Assembly (NCBI GenBank): GCA_951406725.2
Contig: OX597825.1
Coordinates: 21,452,001-21,516,000, forward strand
Length of the DNA stretch: 64,000 nt
Source of the DNA: Octopus vulgaris
Lineage: Eukaryota
Direction of reading: 5' to 3'
In this document: positions 40,557 through 54,571 of the stretch, in pieces
Position numbering within the stretch: position 1 is the first letter of the stretch
How the letters are laid out: every line of letters starts with the position of its first letter
Notes under the pieces: generated by a model
Databases searched by the model: none
Told to the model about the DNA's origin: nothing
The model's input: the letters and a program-made list of their open reading frames with translations, nothing else
Program-made: the position numbers and the translations under genes

Positions 40557-40869
40557 CGTCTCCCTTTTCAAGCGTAGCCAGGCTCATGGGCCCAGTTTCC
40601 CGATTTCTGTGGCGTATGTGTCCCCACTCCCCCAGCTAGACGGGACGCCAGTCCATCGCAGCGTTACTAAAGAAACAGGAAGAGAGAGTAAGAGAAAGTT
40701 GTGGCGAAAGAGTACGACAGGGGTTCACCATCACCCCCCTGCCGGAGCCTCGTAGAGCTTTTAGGTGTTTTCGCTCAAGAAACACACACAACTCCCGGTC
40801 TGGGAATCGAAACCGCGATCCTCCGACCGCGAGTCCGCTGCCCTAACTACTGGGCCATTGTGCCTCCAC
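40557..40869 (-). mobile_element. SINE family D-related with a 13-bp TSD, nested in an old family A copy
   Basis: TSD ctttgaagtattt at 40544-40556 and 40870-40882; tRNA-like head on the minus strand. Confidence 0.85.
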
Positions 40870-41106
40870 CTTTGAAGTATTTACTTGACCAAATTCATAC
40901 TGGTATTTATTATAAATCTAGAACCCATTGCATTAGTTTTCTTGCTGAGACACTAAGTTTAAGGAACGTGAACACGTAAACACTCTTCATCAGGTAGTTG
41001 GTGATAAATACAAATACAAATACACAAACAAAGATAGAAATGTATGCGCACTCATACACACACACACATGCACACACATATATATTCTCCTTTATTTCTT
41101 TGATAG

Positions 41107-41277
41107 ATTGGCGTAAACGGTATGACCAGACGTGTCCAACATATTAGTCTGGAACGAGGTACGGGCTCTAGTGGAAGCGGAAGCGGTACAAGAACCCGGC
41201 ATCGGAAAAGGAAGCGATCAGATCGAAACCTGATGAAACACTTCCAGTTGACCCACTATGATGGGTTTGATGGGTGG
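41107..41277 (+). CDS. chrd: chordin exon (CHRD3): IGVNGMTRRVQHISLERGTGSSGSGSGTRTRHRKRKRSDRNLMKHFQLTHYDGFDGW
   Basis: ctttatttctttgatag / gtaagt; 171 nt, phase 0/0; the start resembles VQVVG...VAMTLE. Confidence 0.85.
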
Positions 41278-41655
41278 GTAAGTTTAATTGTGCACCCGTG
41301 ACTGATTCTCTTTCTTTGGAAGACAATGTCATTCCTGACAACAGACACGGGCATTTTCTTTCTTTCTCTCTCGTTCTTTCACTCTTTCTGCCTTCGTTTC
41401 TTTCTTCATTTCTTTCTTACGTTCTTACTTTCTTACTTTCTTTCTTTCTTTCTTTCTTTCTTTCATTCTTTTATCTTTCTTTCTTTTCGTTATTTTTCCT
41501 TTTTGTCCCTGTTTCATTCATTCATTCATTATTTCTTTGCTTCTATCTTTTCACTTTCCTTCCTTCCTTCCTTCTTTTTCTTCCTTCCTTCTTGCCTTCT
41601 TTCCTTCCATCAGTCTATTCTAAATATTACAATTTTCTCAACCACATTTTTTGTT

Positions 41656-41799
<144 letters not shown>

Positions 41800-41804
41800 C
41801 CTTC

Positions 41805-41976
<172 letters not shown>

Positions 41977-42117
41977 CTGTCTGTCTGTCTGTCTGTCTCT
42001 CTATGTGTGTATGTATGTATGTGTGTATGTATGTATGTGTGTATGTATGTATGTGTGTAACTGCTTGTCGATCTGTCGGCTTTCTGTTCATCTATTAATG
42101 TGTGTGTATACATATAA

Positions 42118-42171
<54 letters not shown>

Positions 42172-42230
42172 CATATATGAATATGTATATATGTATATGT
42201 ATGTACGTGTGTATCTATGTGTGTATATGC

Positions 42231-42272
<42 letters not shown>

Positions 42273-42619
42273 ATGAATGTATGTATATATATAGAAACAC
42301 ACATCTATGTATACACACACATGTATTTACACAAAAATTCTTTCCTATACACTACGCCATTATTGTTTTTCCTCGAACTTAAAATCACCATTTATCTCCA
42401 ACCACCATATCTATTTCTTCACCCTTCTCGTCCTCTCATCGCCCCTCTTTGCTTTACCCTTTCAAATATCTGCAACATCAATTTTTATGAATTATACAAA
42501 TATTTATTTTTCTTCAGCATCGTACAATCGGTGATCATGAGTAAATACACGATACATACATGCATGCATACATACATACATAAATACATACATACATACA
42601 TATACATATATGCATAGTA

Positions 42620-42652
<33 letters not shown>

Positions 42653-42659
<7 letters not shown>

Positions 42660-43046
42660 GAAAGAAGGTTTGAAAATGCAACTTAAAAGATAATTGTAGT
42701 ACTCTGTGTCAACCAATATTCTGTGCATGTTTGAATATACAGATACAATACCAATACCAATATCAATTCCTTCTGGAAACTATCTTAAGCATGTCCTTGG
42801 GAATGATTATTTATATAGTAATCTTTTGTGCCCAATATTTTAAGGAACTTGTTGAACTTTTTTATGTCCTTAACATGTCCCTGTTACCAAAGACTGTATA
42901 TATGTAATGTAGCAATTTGCAACAACCAATAATTAACGCAACCAAACTTCTACATGTTACTTTTGACCATCTTTTTCCAAAGAGTGAAACCGGTAAAGTA
43001 AATAAACATCTTTTAAATTGCATTTTCAAACCTTCTTTCGTATATA
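42653..43046. mobile_element. element with about 38-bp terminal inverted repeats between (TA)n tracts
   Basis: tatatacgaaagaaggtttgaaaatgcaacttaaaagat ... atcttttaaattgcattttcaaaccttctttcgtatata. Confidence 0.7.
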
Positions 43047-43081
43047 ATTCCACTCGTGCGGTACCCTACAACTCCACTTTG

Positions 43082-43119
<38 letters not shown>

Positions 43120-43212
43120 GTGTGTGATATAATTCTAATATAATTATAATATAATATACTGTAATAATATAAACAGGCTCTTTGACTGGATTGAATACTC
43201 TTCAAATTCATA

Positions 43213-43850
43213 GGCACATGTGTGGCTGTGAAGTAAGGCGTTTGCCTCCCCACCGCATTGTTCCGGGTTCGCTTCCACTGCATGGTACATTGGGCAAATA
43301 TCTTTTACTATAGCTTCGGGCCGAGCAAAGCCTTGTTAATGGATTTGGTTGACGGAAACTGAAAGAAGCCTGCCGTGTGTATTTATATGTACACACACAG
43401 ACACATACATACACACACGTATGTATGAAATTCTGTGTGTGCGTGTGCGCGTGCGTTTTTGTGTGTTTGCACGCGCGCGTATGCCTCCGTTTGTATCCCA
43501 TCACCCCTTGGCAACCGGTGTCGGTGTGATTATGTCCCCGAATCTTTGCTGCTCGAGAAAAGAGACTGGTAAGATAAGTATCAAGTTGTCGATTCGTTCG
43601 AATGAAATTCTTGAAGGCAGTGCTGCAGCATGGCCAAAGCCTCATGACTGAAACAAGTGACAGATAAAAGATGCACACACACACACACACACACGCACAC
43701 ATATATATATATACGACGGGCTTCTTTCAGTTTTTCTCAACCACATCCACTCACGAGGGTTTGGTCGGACCGAGGCTTTAGCAGAAGACACTTGCCCAAA
43801 GTGTCACGCCATGGGACTGAACCCGGAGCCATGCGGTTGGGAAGCAACCA
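43213..43850. mobile_element. SINE family A (+) followed by an inverted partial copy (-)
   Basis: Full diverged copy at 43213-43670; reverse 5' half at 43712-43850. Confidence 0.75.
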
Positions 43851-44056
43851 CGGTTACGTGGTCCAGATATCAGCATATATTTATCAGCGTACCCACTGTC
43901 ATCACGAGCATTTGCATGTCATCATATCCACCACCGCCGTCATGATCGTTATCATCATCATAATCATCATCATCATCATCATCATTATTATTTTTATAAT
44001 TATTATTCTTACTGTTATTATTATTATTATTAATATTATTATTATTATTATTATCG

Positions 44057-44100
<44 letters not shown>

Positions 44101-44183
44101 TGCTATAAAGAAGTTTGTTTTTATCTTTATGGTTGCTTTAATTATTGTAGTAACAGAAACACAAACCTGAACAGAACCACGCA

Positions 44184-44227
<44 letters not shown>

Positions 44228-44951
44228 CTATCCGTCTGTCTCATATTTACATCTACGTGCGCAAACACCCGTACGCACACTCACAATTCTACGTGTCACA
44301 CTATCATTTTATTCACACGCCATCATTATTCGTCACCGCGAATTATCGCAAGAAAATCTTGTTGAAATATTCCAATAATATTTATTTAATATTCTGTTTA
44401 TTTATTTATACATTTTACATCGATAAAACCCACTAGAGTTCAATAAAACCTTCAAGAGAGCGAAACAATAATAGTTTTTATCAAATTGCTGCTATTCATT
44501 GAATTTGAAGTGTTTATTTTATGCTTGAAAACTAAAAACTACAGGTATTAGAAAATAGGTTTGTTGATTGTTTGGTGGAATTGTTAAAGGATAAATAAAA
44601 CCGCTAAGCAGGCATGAAGCAATTAAGATAAAGTTTGAGAAATAAAACATTTGATTTATGATAAAGGAAGTCCTGTGCAAACAACACAGGCGGATATAAT
44701 TGTCAGCGTTGCTGAAAAACAATTTACAACAAGATTTGCTGTCGCTAATAACGCCAGATAAAGCAGATTTCTACTGAATCGTTATAATTATGAGTGCGGA
44801 GTTCGGGTGGAAAGAAAATTACAAAACTACACGTACATGTACACACACACACTTACATACCCACAGAAGTGGGATTCCGCACAGTGTCTGTCAACTAAAT
44901 TCGAAGTCTAATCTTCAATGTACATATATATATACATATATATATATACAT

Positions 44952-45123
44952 AGGCGCAGGAGTGGCTGTGTGGTAATTAGCTTGCTAACCAACCACATGG
45001 TTCCGGGTTCAGTCCCACTGCGTGGCATCTTGGGCAAGTGTCTTCTGCTATAGCCCCGGGCCGACCAATGCCTTGTGAGTGGATTTGGTAGACGGAAACT
45101 GAAAGAAGCCTGTCGTATATATG

Positions 45124-45158
<35 letters not shown>

Positions 45159-45390
45159 TTGTGTATGTCCCCCTAGCATTGCTTGACAACCGATGCTGGT
45201 GTGTTTACGTCCCTGTCACTTAGCAGTTCGGCAAAAAGAGACCAATAGAATAAGTACTGGGCTTACAAAGAATAAGTCCTGGGCTTACAAAGAATAAGTC
45301 CTGGGGTCGATTTGCTCGACTAAAAGGCGATGCTCCAGCATGGCCACAGTCAAATGACTGAAACAAGTAAAAAGAGAAAAAGAGAAAGAT
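44952..45390 (+). mobile_element. SINE family A
   Basis: Full copy with an internal duplication of gggcttacaaagaataagtcct. Confidence 0.88.
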
Positions 45391-45649
45391 ATACTGACAA
45401 TAATTAAGCCCGGAAATAACCGAATGAGCGATTCTTACTCTCTAGACTACGGGAATAGACTAAACTGAATGTTTAGTAAGAGGATTTCTCGGATGCATGT
45501 TTCTGAGTGATTACAGCCCCTGTGAGCATATTTGTATACAATTATGTGCTTTTGCTATAACAGTACAGCATATTAGCTCTTATTTCTAGCGGCGTAGGCG
45601 TATTGATACCCATAGACGTATTTAGTGAGAACTATACTTTTCCTTTACG

Positions 45650-45875
45650 GTAGCAGAATCGTTAGCACGTTGGGCGAAATGCTTAGCGGTATTTCGTCTG
45701 CCGTTACGTTGTGAGTTCAAATTCCGCCGAGGTCGACTTTGCCTTTCATCCTTTCGGGGTCGATAAATTAAGTACCAGTTAAGCACTGGGGTCGATATAA
45801 TCGACTTAATACCTATGTCTGTCCATGTTTGTCCCCTCTATTTTCAGCCCCTTGTGGGTAATAAAGAAATAGGTA
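45650..45875 (+). mobile_element. SINE family B
   Basis: gcagaatcgttagcacg...gtgggtaataaagaaat. Confidence 0.85.
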
Positions 45876-46157
45876 ACATGCTAAGACATAGGGAATGACT
45901 ATTTATATAATATATATATAAACATATTATATAAATCAGTTTAAGAAGAGACAATATATAGATAATCATCCTATATATATAGATATGATTTACATCAACA
46001 TAATAAATCCATACAGCACAATAAATTCACAATGTATTTATTATGTTAATGTGAATCATATCTATACGATGATTGTCTAAACCAAGATATATTCTTAAAC
46101 CAAGTTATATGATGTCTAGCGTCTCGGGTTCGACCTGAGCACTTTCAAGTAATTATA

Positions 46158-46193
<36 letters not shown>

Positions 46194-46545
46194 CATGTAT
46201 AGTTAAATACAGAAATACACACACACACATACACATATGTGTGCGTGTGTGTACATACTTACATGCATACGTACATACATATATATATACATATACATAT
46301 ATATATACATATATATATATATAATAAAATATTAGGGAATAAATCCAAACTTACAAGGAAAAATCAGATTTAGGATTGAATCCAATTTTATAGTAAAATA
46401 TTATATTATATTAAATTAGAGATAAAACCACTATTAGGCAAATCATACAATGAAAAACTTAAGCCAATACATAAGATTAATTAATTTATATCTTAGATTT
46501 ATATCAAAATTATTAAAAAAAGATAATTAGTATAACACTACGATC

Positions 46546-46579
<34 letters not shown>

Positions 46580-46797
46580 GTGCCCAACGTATTTGAGCAT
46601 CATAGTATCTGGTAGTCATGTATAAGAGAAATGGACTGACTTAGTGAAACAAATCAATTCAGAAAGGATTTATATGTTAAAAAAATTATGGCTACAGGAG
46701 TTCATCTTTTAACAAATTTGTCCTTTATAATATATCTTCTTATCTATATCTTCTCTACATTAGACACTGTTTGTTTTAATATATCACTTCTTTGCAG

Positions 46798-46954
46798 GCC
46801 AATGGAACGTACAGAAAGCCGAAGTTAAAAGACATTCATCTCTTGCTGGATGAGAAGTTGTTTATTAAAGTATCAACAAACAGACGGCGGAATTCAGCCC
46901 TTCGCGGTCATATCATTGAAACTCCATATCACGAACGTAGCCATCTTTTCACAG
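46798..46954 (+). CDS. chrd: chordin exon (end of CHRD3): ANGTYRKPKLKDIHLLLDEKLFIKVSTNRRRNSALRGHIIETPYHERSHLFT
   Basis: cacttctttgcag / gtactt; 157 nt, phase 0/1; resembles HMLLQNELFLNV.T....GELRGH...PY. Confidence 0.92.
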
Positions 46955-47301
46955 GTACTTACTTTCTTCCTTCTGTTTCTTTTGTCTCCTTCTTTCTATC
47001 TTTCTCTTTTAAATATATGTATATATATATATTCGTTATGTGCGACAGTATTTGTTTAAAATAGCAATCTGAGTACCATGCTGAAAACAAGTACATATAG
47101 ACACTACACTACACACACACACACACACACATACACACACACACACACACACACCACACATACACAATGCATGTGCTTTGCTTGTTCGCCGGTTCGGTGC
47201 AGAATTTTGCGTGGAGAGAACGACTCTGTCGAAGATCTGGGAGTTAAGTCACTTGAAAATTGTAGAAAGGCAAGATACTGCCGCCCCTAATCCCATTCAG
47301 G

Positions 47302-47350
47302 AGTGATAAATACCGATATTTCGCCATGTTTTTGGTTTATCAACATCACT
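47302..47350 (-). ncRNA. type-I hammerhead motif, U3-A8 core variant
   Basis: AGTGATG-TTGATAA-A-CCA-aaaaca-TGG-C-GAA-ATATCGGTAT-T-TATCACT; stem I 7 bp, near-palindromic stem III. Confidence 0.65.
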
Positions 47351-47379
47351 ACATATACATACATACATACATACATACA

Positions 47380-47449
<70 letters not shown>

Positions 47450-47458
<9 letters not shown>

Positions 47459-47475
47459 AACGCATATATATGTAT

Positions 47476-47522
<47 letters not shown>

Positions 47523-47545
47523 AACGCATATATATGTATATATAT

Positions 47546-47577
<32 letters not shown>

Positions 47578-47589
47578 CACGAACGCATA

Positions 47590-47646
<57 letters not shown>

Positions 47647-47654
47647 AACGCATA

Positions 47655-47728
<74 letters not shown>

Positions 47729-47730
47729 AA
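47450..47730. repeat. compound minisatellite [tcacgaacgcatatatatg(TA)n] x4
   Basis: Four copies of the spacer separated by TA runs. Confidence 0.85.
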
Positions 47731-47964
47731 TCGTCACCGATGTAGGAAAACAGCGAATAAGCATTCACTGATTTAGTAGATAGGAGTCCGGCTGAATGAA
47801 AATCGTTTACATGCAACGAAAGTATTATTAGATTAAAATAGCAATTTGAGTACCGTTCTTAATTTTAGTACTTCGTATTTTGAGTAAGATCAAATACGAT
47901 GAGAAAATGTCTCTATGGTACACGTTTCCTTTGTTAGCACATTTTTTTAGCAAGTTATTTCGTA

Positions 47965-48143
47965 TAGGAGGAGTGGCTGTGTGGCGCAGGAGTGGCTGTG
48001 TGGTAAGTAGCTTGCTAACCAACCACATGGTTCCGAGTTCAGTCTCACTGCGTGGCAGCATGGACAAGTGTTTTTTACTATAGCCTCGGGCCGACCAAAG
48101 CCGTGTGAGTGGATTTGGTAGACGGAAACTGAAAGAAGCCCGT

Positions 48144-48192
<49 letters not shown>

Positions 48193-48395
48193 TTGTGTGT
48201 CTGTGTTTGTCCCCCTAGCATTGCTTGACAACCAATGCTGGTGTGTTTATGTCTCCGTCACTTAGCGGTTCGGCAAAAAAACCCGATAAAATAAGTACTA
48301 GGCTTAGAAAGAATAAGTCCCGGGGTCGATTTGCTCAACTAAAGGCGGTGCTCCAGCATGGCCGCAGTCAAATGACTGAAACAAGTAAAAGAGTA
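47965..48395 (+). mobile_element. SINE family A (duplicated head)
   Basis: ggagtggctgtgtgg occurs twice at the 5' end. Confidence 0.88.
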
Positions 48396-49357
48396 AGGAG
48401 GGTAACAGCATTATAGCAAAACGGCTTGAAAAGGAGCAACTTAGAAAAAAGGTAAGAAAGAAGGGTAATGAATGAACCCCAAATCTCAGATAAAGAAACA
48501 GTTTGACACGCTGAATGGCAAAAGGAAATGAAGAAAACAAATAAATAAACATATAAGAAAAATAAAAACATGGCCAGACGGGTGTATCTGTTGTGGTTTC
48601 TCGTTAAACGTCCTGAAATGTGAATAAAGATTGAACCTACTATCTCAAGTTACCTCTATTTTGCCTTTAGAAGAAGGCAGCTTTTAGTAAAAGCCGGCTC
48701 AACTGACGATAGTAGCAACACGGGAATCTGATATTCTATTATTTTGGTGGAGATCAAAGGAAAAAAATAAAGAGGAGAGACAGAATACGAATACGTTGCC
48801 GGGAATGTGATAAGGAAAATTAGCATATATATAAAGGAAAACGAGGGAATGAGAGAAAGAAAAAAGAATTTGTGGTAAGTATACCCAGGGGTGATTGCGA
48901 CATGGAAACTTAATCGTAGACTGGGCGCTAGCATACATAATTAAGTATAGGAAATCAATTCAATTAAGCAAAATTTCTACTTAGAACAATCGGTTTATAA
49001 AGCGATTAATTCTGGTTTAACTTGTATCTTTAATTTAATAAAGTTGATTAAATATGGAGTACTGTAGGAAGTTAGAATAACCTCAAGCAGTTCCAAAAGA
49101 GTTAACAATTACAAATCTATCTTTAAATTGTAAATTTAAAAGAGAACAATAGATCTGTTTGGTGATTGTTTGAAAAGCAGATTTTAATCATCTCACGGGC
49201 CATTTTAATCGACAGTAATAAATAAATTCATTAAAATAAAAATTCAACATTGTGTATGGCGAGCAAAAATTCGAAATATACAATTTAACAACGCACATTT
49301 TACATGGAACTCCGAGTTAATGTCGAGCTGCCGTCATGAGAATAAATTTCAACTATC

Positions 49358-49577
49358 ATAACACTTTAGGCATTAAAGTGGCTATATCTGGCCCAAATAT
49401 TCTTCCAGTTTTGTGTTCAAGCCAACCAGATCTGGCCTCTTAGCCCTACCTAACAATGCCATTCTAAAAATATACAACTATATGATCGAAATCTCAAAGC
49501 TATGACATAACGCAAGATTAATCGAAAACAATGAAAATAAATAAGCATTGCATGATCTGAAAGTTAAAGGCTTAATT
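49358..49577. mobile_element. decayed piggyBac-like MITE
   Basis: Ends taacactttag ... ttaaaggcttaa resemble TTAA-CCCTTT...AAAGGG-TTAA. Confidence 0.35.
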
Positions 49578-49946
49578 TAACAAGATATTGGATATAGATT
49601 CAGGTGAGGCAGTTATATTTATTATGATTACTTCACTCGGAGTTTATCTACTCAGAAACAGGTTAACGCCGAGCAGGATTTCGTAGACCACTTACACGGT
49701 ATTTGAGCTACAAACAATAAAGATACTTGTTATTTCCTACAATAATGAAGTCATGAAGAAAACTGAATAGTGAGACGCGAACTCGCCTAAGTTCACACAC
49801 ACACACACACACAGACACACATGCACACACACGTATATGTATGTATTATATATGTATGCATATGTATTTATATATATATATATGTGTATATATATATGTT
49901 TATATATGCATATATATATGTATGTATATAGACATATTCATGTATG

Positions 49947-49981
<35 letters not shown>

Positions 49982-49984
49982 ATG

Positions 49985-50063
<79 letters not shown>

Positions 50064-50294
50064 AAAATTTAGAGGATTTGTATGTAACAACAATTTTTAA
50101 TCTTCGGATTTATTTTAATATGCTAAGCCACTGATTTTAAGTGATTAATATCAATTTCCAACCTTATTATTCAATTTTATATATATATATATATATATAA
50201 ATTAAATATAAATTATAAATTACAAAGTGGGACAAGAACGCATATATATATATAAACGCATATGTCAGTGCGTGTGTATATATACAAATACACC

Positions 50295-50354
<60 letters not shown>

Positions 50355-51178
50355 CACCTATTTATAAATATACGTATGCATGTATGTATTTATGTATGAA
50401 TATATGTGTGTGTGTTTGTGTGCGTATGTGTATTTGCTGCGCACAAGCGCGTATGCAATGTAGGTATTAATACAAGAACAGGAGTTCTCGTTTTAATGAC
50501 TTAATTGTACGTCTATTTCACGTAAATTGAAACATTCCTTTACTAACGGGAGAATTCCGCGCGAAAGGAACCTCCCTCTAAATGCATTACCTCCCAGTAA
50601 TAAATGAAAGAGAAAAAAGGGGTGTGTAAGTTTCATCAGTCCCTTCAGCAACATGATAGATAAAGGGTAGAGATTGAGACAGAGAATGTGATAGCCAGAT
50701 AGAAAGAAGTGGATATAGTGTTTTGGAGAAAGAATGATGAGAGCTGTGCATGAAAGATCTAGAGAGATAGTGGAAGACAGTGAGCGTGAGTGATTGTGTG
50801 AGAAGCAGTGGTAGGGAGAACGATGTAATGAGGACGACCGGTGGTTTATGTTCTTTTGAATGATTTAACATTAAAGATTGGCTGTTGGAGCATTGGCCAT
50901 AACAGCATAGATGATATATATGTGTGTGTGAGTGTGTGTGTATGTGTGTGTGTGTGTTTGTGTGTGCTTTTGTGAGTGGATGTATATATACATATATGTG
51001 CGTGTGTATACGTGTATATATATGTGTGTGTGTTTACATTCATCTGTTTATATTACATATATACATATATATCTATATATACATCTACTATATATATTTA
51101 TGTGTGTATGTATGTATCTATCTATATATACATATATATATATATATATACATACATACTCATATATATATATATATG

Positions 51179-51248
<70 letters not shown>

Positions 51249-51258
51249 TACATACATA

Positions 51259-51318
<60 letters not shown>

Positions 51319-52144
51319 CATACATACATACAGAGTCATATATATTTATATGTATGTATGTATGTATGTATGTATCTATTATATATGAAATAGAGGTAAA
51401 GAGGTCCGTGCGTACGCACCTGTCTCCTTTTGTGATGTATTTATCGAGAAGTCTCGGCATTAGGATATAAGCAATTGTGTAGCTGTGCGTTACTGCACGC
51501 ACCTGTATGTACCAATGCATCCCTGCCTGTGGATAATGCATGCATGTGTTCAGGTGAATGCATTCGGTTCTCAGGCCACTTATTGACGTGAAACTAGATA
51601 TACATCATCCGCCAGAACAATTGTTATATTTAGCTACGACGAGACTAGGGATTAATTCAGTTTGAATTATTCAATCGCTCAGTATGAAGTTTTAACAGGA
51701 GACGAGCGGCCGAACAGCAAATTTAAAAGCTATACACTAAGGAGTCTAAGTGTATTGAATGTAAAGGAAAAAAACATAAAGCTAAGTAAATGTAAAATTA
51801 AATCAAGAACTGCCTGAGGTTGGTGAAAATTGATGTCAGCATGTGAGAGGAAGTTAGGTATCTTAACAGATTTCTTGGCGGTTAATGATCTATGAGAAAC
51901 CTCTCAGGTGATATTGTAATGAACTGGGCCACTCTTGGATAAAGTAGATTTCTTCTATCGGCGTTTGATTAGGCATTCCTGAAGTATTTTGAGAATGGTT
52001 ATGAATGTTTCGTTGTGGTGGTATGGCATTCAAATAATTCTAACAAAATACAGAAGTTTGTTTGCGTCGTTAGACCATTTATTTATTTATAAGCACTCAG
52101 CTTCAAATAAGTCACAGGAATTGTTGCTAAAATATACAGTAGAC

Positions 52145-52557
52145 CGGGCGCAGCTGTGTGATAAGACGCTTGCTTCCCGATCACATGGGTTTTGGCTCAG
52201 ACCCACTGCGTGGCACCTTGGGCAGGTGTCTTTTACTATAGCCTCAGGTCAACCAAAGCCTTGTGAGTAGATTCTCAGAAAAAACTGAAAGAAGCCCGTT
52301 GTATATATGTATATATATATATGTGTGTGTGTGTATGTGTTTGTGTGTCTGTGTTTGTCTCCCTAGCATTGCTTGACAACCGATGCTGGTGTGTTTACGT
52401 CCCCGTCACTTAGCTGTTCGGCAAAAAGAGACCGATAGAATAAGTACTGGGCTTACAAAGAATAAGTCCCGGGGTCGATTTGCTCGACTAAAGGCGGTGC
52501 TCCAGCATGGCCGCAGTCAAATGACTGAAACAAGTAAAAAAGTAAAAGAGTAAAGAG

Positions 52558-52598
<41 letters not shown>

Positions 52599-52885
52599 TA
52601 TATATATATATATATATATTACTCTTTATATATATATATATATATATATTACTCTTTACTCTTTTACTTTTTTACTTGTTTCAGTCATTTGAATGCGGCC
52701 ATGCTGGAGCACCGCCTTTAGTCTAGCAAATCGACCCCGGGACTTATTCTTTGTAAGCCCAGTACTTATTCTATCGGTCCCTTTTGCCGAACCGCTAAGT
52801 GACGGGGACGTAAACACACCAGCATCGGTTGTCAAGCAATGCTAAGGAGACAAACACAGACACACAAACACATACACACACATAT
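52145..52885. mobile_element. tail-to-tail inverted pair of SINE family A
   Basis: + copy at 52145-52560; - partial copy at 52655-52885, nearly identical. Confidence 0.9.
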
Positions 52886-52950
52886 ATTTGTGTGTGTGTG
52901 TGTGTGAGAGTACAGTATTTAATATTCCATATGTGTCATTTTTGTTGCAG

Positions 52951-53186
52951 GATTTCCGTTCGTCATTCGAGCGCGTGATAATGGTATTTTCAAATCCAGT
53001 GGTGCAGCTTACGCATGGTTGGCTCTTGACTCCGGCTGCCAGTTTCACTACCAAATATTGCTTGATGATATGGCTGTATCACAAGACCACAAGGCCAGTG
53101 CTTACCTTGCTAAATATGGCAGCCATGTTAACTCCCCACTCAATCCAGGATTTACAAGAATGATTGGGAAATTCCATAGCAGTATT
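52951..53186 (+). CDS. chrd: chordin exon (CHRD4): GFPFVIRARDNGIFKSSGAAYAWLALDSGCQFHYQILLDDMAVSQDHKASAYLAKYGSHVNSPLNPGFTRMIGKFHSSI
   Basis: catttttgttgcag / gtaagt; 236 nt, phase 1/0; resembles [21 protein letters not shown]. Confidence 0.92.
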
Positions 53187-53523
53187 GTAAGTAAGATCAT
53201 TCTTTTAGGACAGAAAATCTACCCCCGGATTTCTTTGTCTCTGTTTCTGTTTCTTTCGCTCTTTCGCTCTCCCCCCACCCGTCTTCCACTTTTCTTTCAC
53301 ACATTGAGACGTATGGTGGATGTAACCAACTGAGGATTATCACCACGTTAACCCTAAGTTCTATATTAAAATATAGGTATTAGATTTATAAACCCTATTA
53401 GATTTATAAAAACAAAATATTAGATTTATAAGCCCTGAAATTCACTCCATAATTGCCCACGGGCATATGGCGTAGTGGTTAACCCCAAGATTCTGAGTTC
53501 GGTTTCAAGTAGTGATAATAGTG

Positions 53524-53575
<52 letters not shown>

Positions 53576-53917
53576 TAATAATGATAATGATGATAATAAC
53601 TTCGAAAAATACCTTAGGAATGAGAACCCAGGTTCGAAATTTCCTCAAGAAGAAGGCTGGAGGGTATATCAGCCGAAACGTTGTGTTAGCAACAAAAACA
53701 ACCAAGATGAGGACAAATATCCACCGAATGTAAATAATGTAAATAATGTTAACCCACAATTAATAAGTGGGTTCTTGAGGCAGTCGAATAATTCGGGAAT
53801 CCTCTAAAGGAATAAACCATGTTGATGTTTGTAGAAACAATACAATGCACGGCTTTTGTCTGAGAAGTCACTGAACTATCGGTATTTTGCTGTATAGTCC
53901 CTATGGTGTGTGCGTAT

Positions 53918-53965
<48 letters not shown>

Positions 53966-54571
53966 TCGTACACCTGAATACAGTTGATTGAACAGAATAA
54001 AGTGATGAATCAGTCTGGTCTTTAGCAATAAACACCAATTATAACATTAGATATGTTTTGATTATATTAGACCTACTTTATTCTTTTAAAGTATAACAGT
54101 AACTCAGTGTTAACATACGAAATTCCTATGATATCTTCAGTCAAAAACGAATAAATAGTGTTAGATTATGCTTGACTGAAGTCATACAAGACCTAAACAT
54201 GTACGTGGTTGACACTGTAATGCTAAAGATCACACTCGCTCTGCTTTTACTTTATTGCTTAGTGAAGGGATATGCCTTTAATGTTAAAATTATTTATTTA
54301 TACATTTGTTGATTTTATAATATTTAGCAAACCCTATGTCATAATTAATGCTGATACATTGAGAAAAGGTATATTAATTGCAGTATTCGCCCGGTGATAA
54401 TATATTCTATGGACGTACTGTGATATTATTGTTGGATGAATATCGCAGTTAACTTGACTTTCGCGATGTATCTGCATTACGTATGATACGTAGTTAGCTA
54501 TTTTGATCTAATACTGCTTCTATTGAATGTAACAGAGTTTTCTTTTAACGTCTGTTTGTTTGTTTCCTCAG

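Noticed and set aside
41225-41245. CTGATGA hammerhead core inside a chordin exon
   Set aside because: No stem II, GAAA or stem I arrangement; explained by the codons L-M-K.
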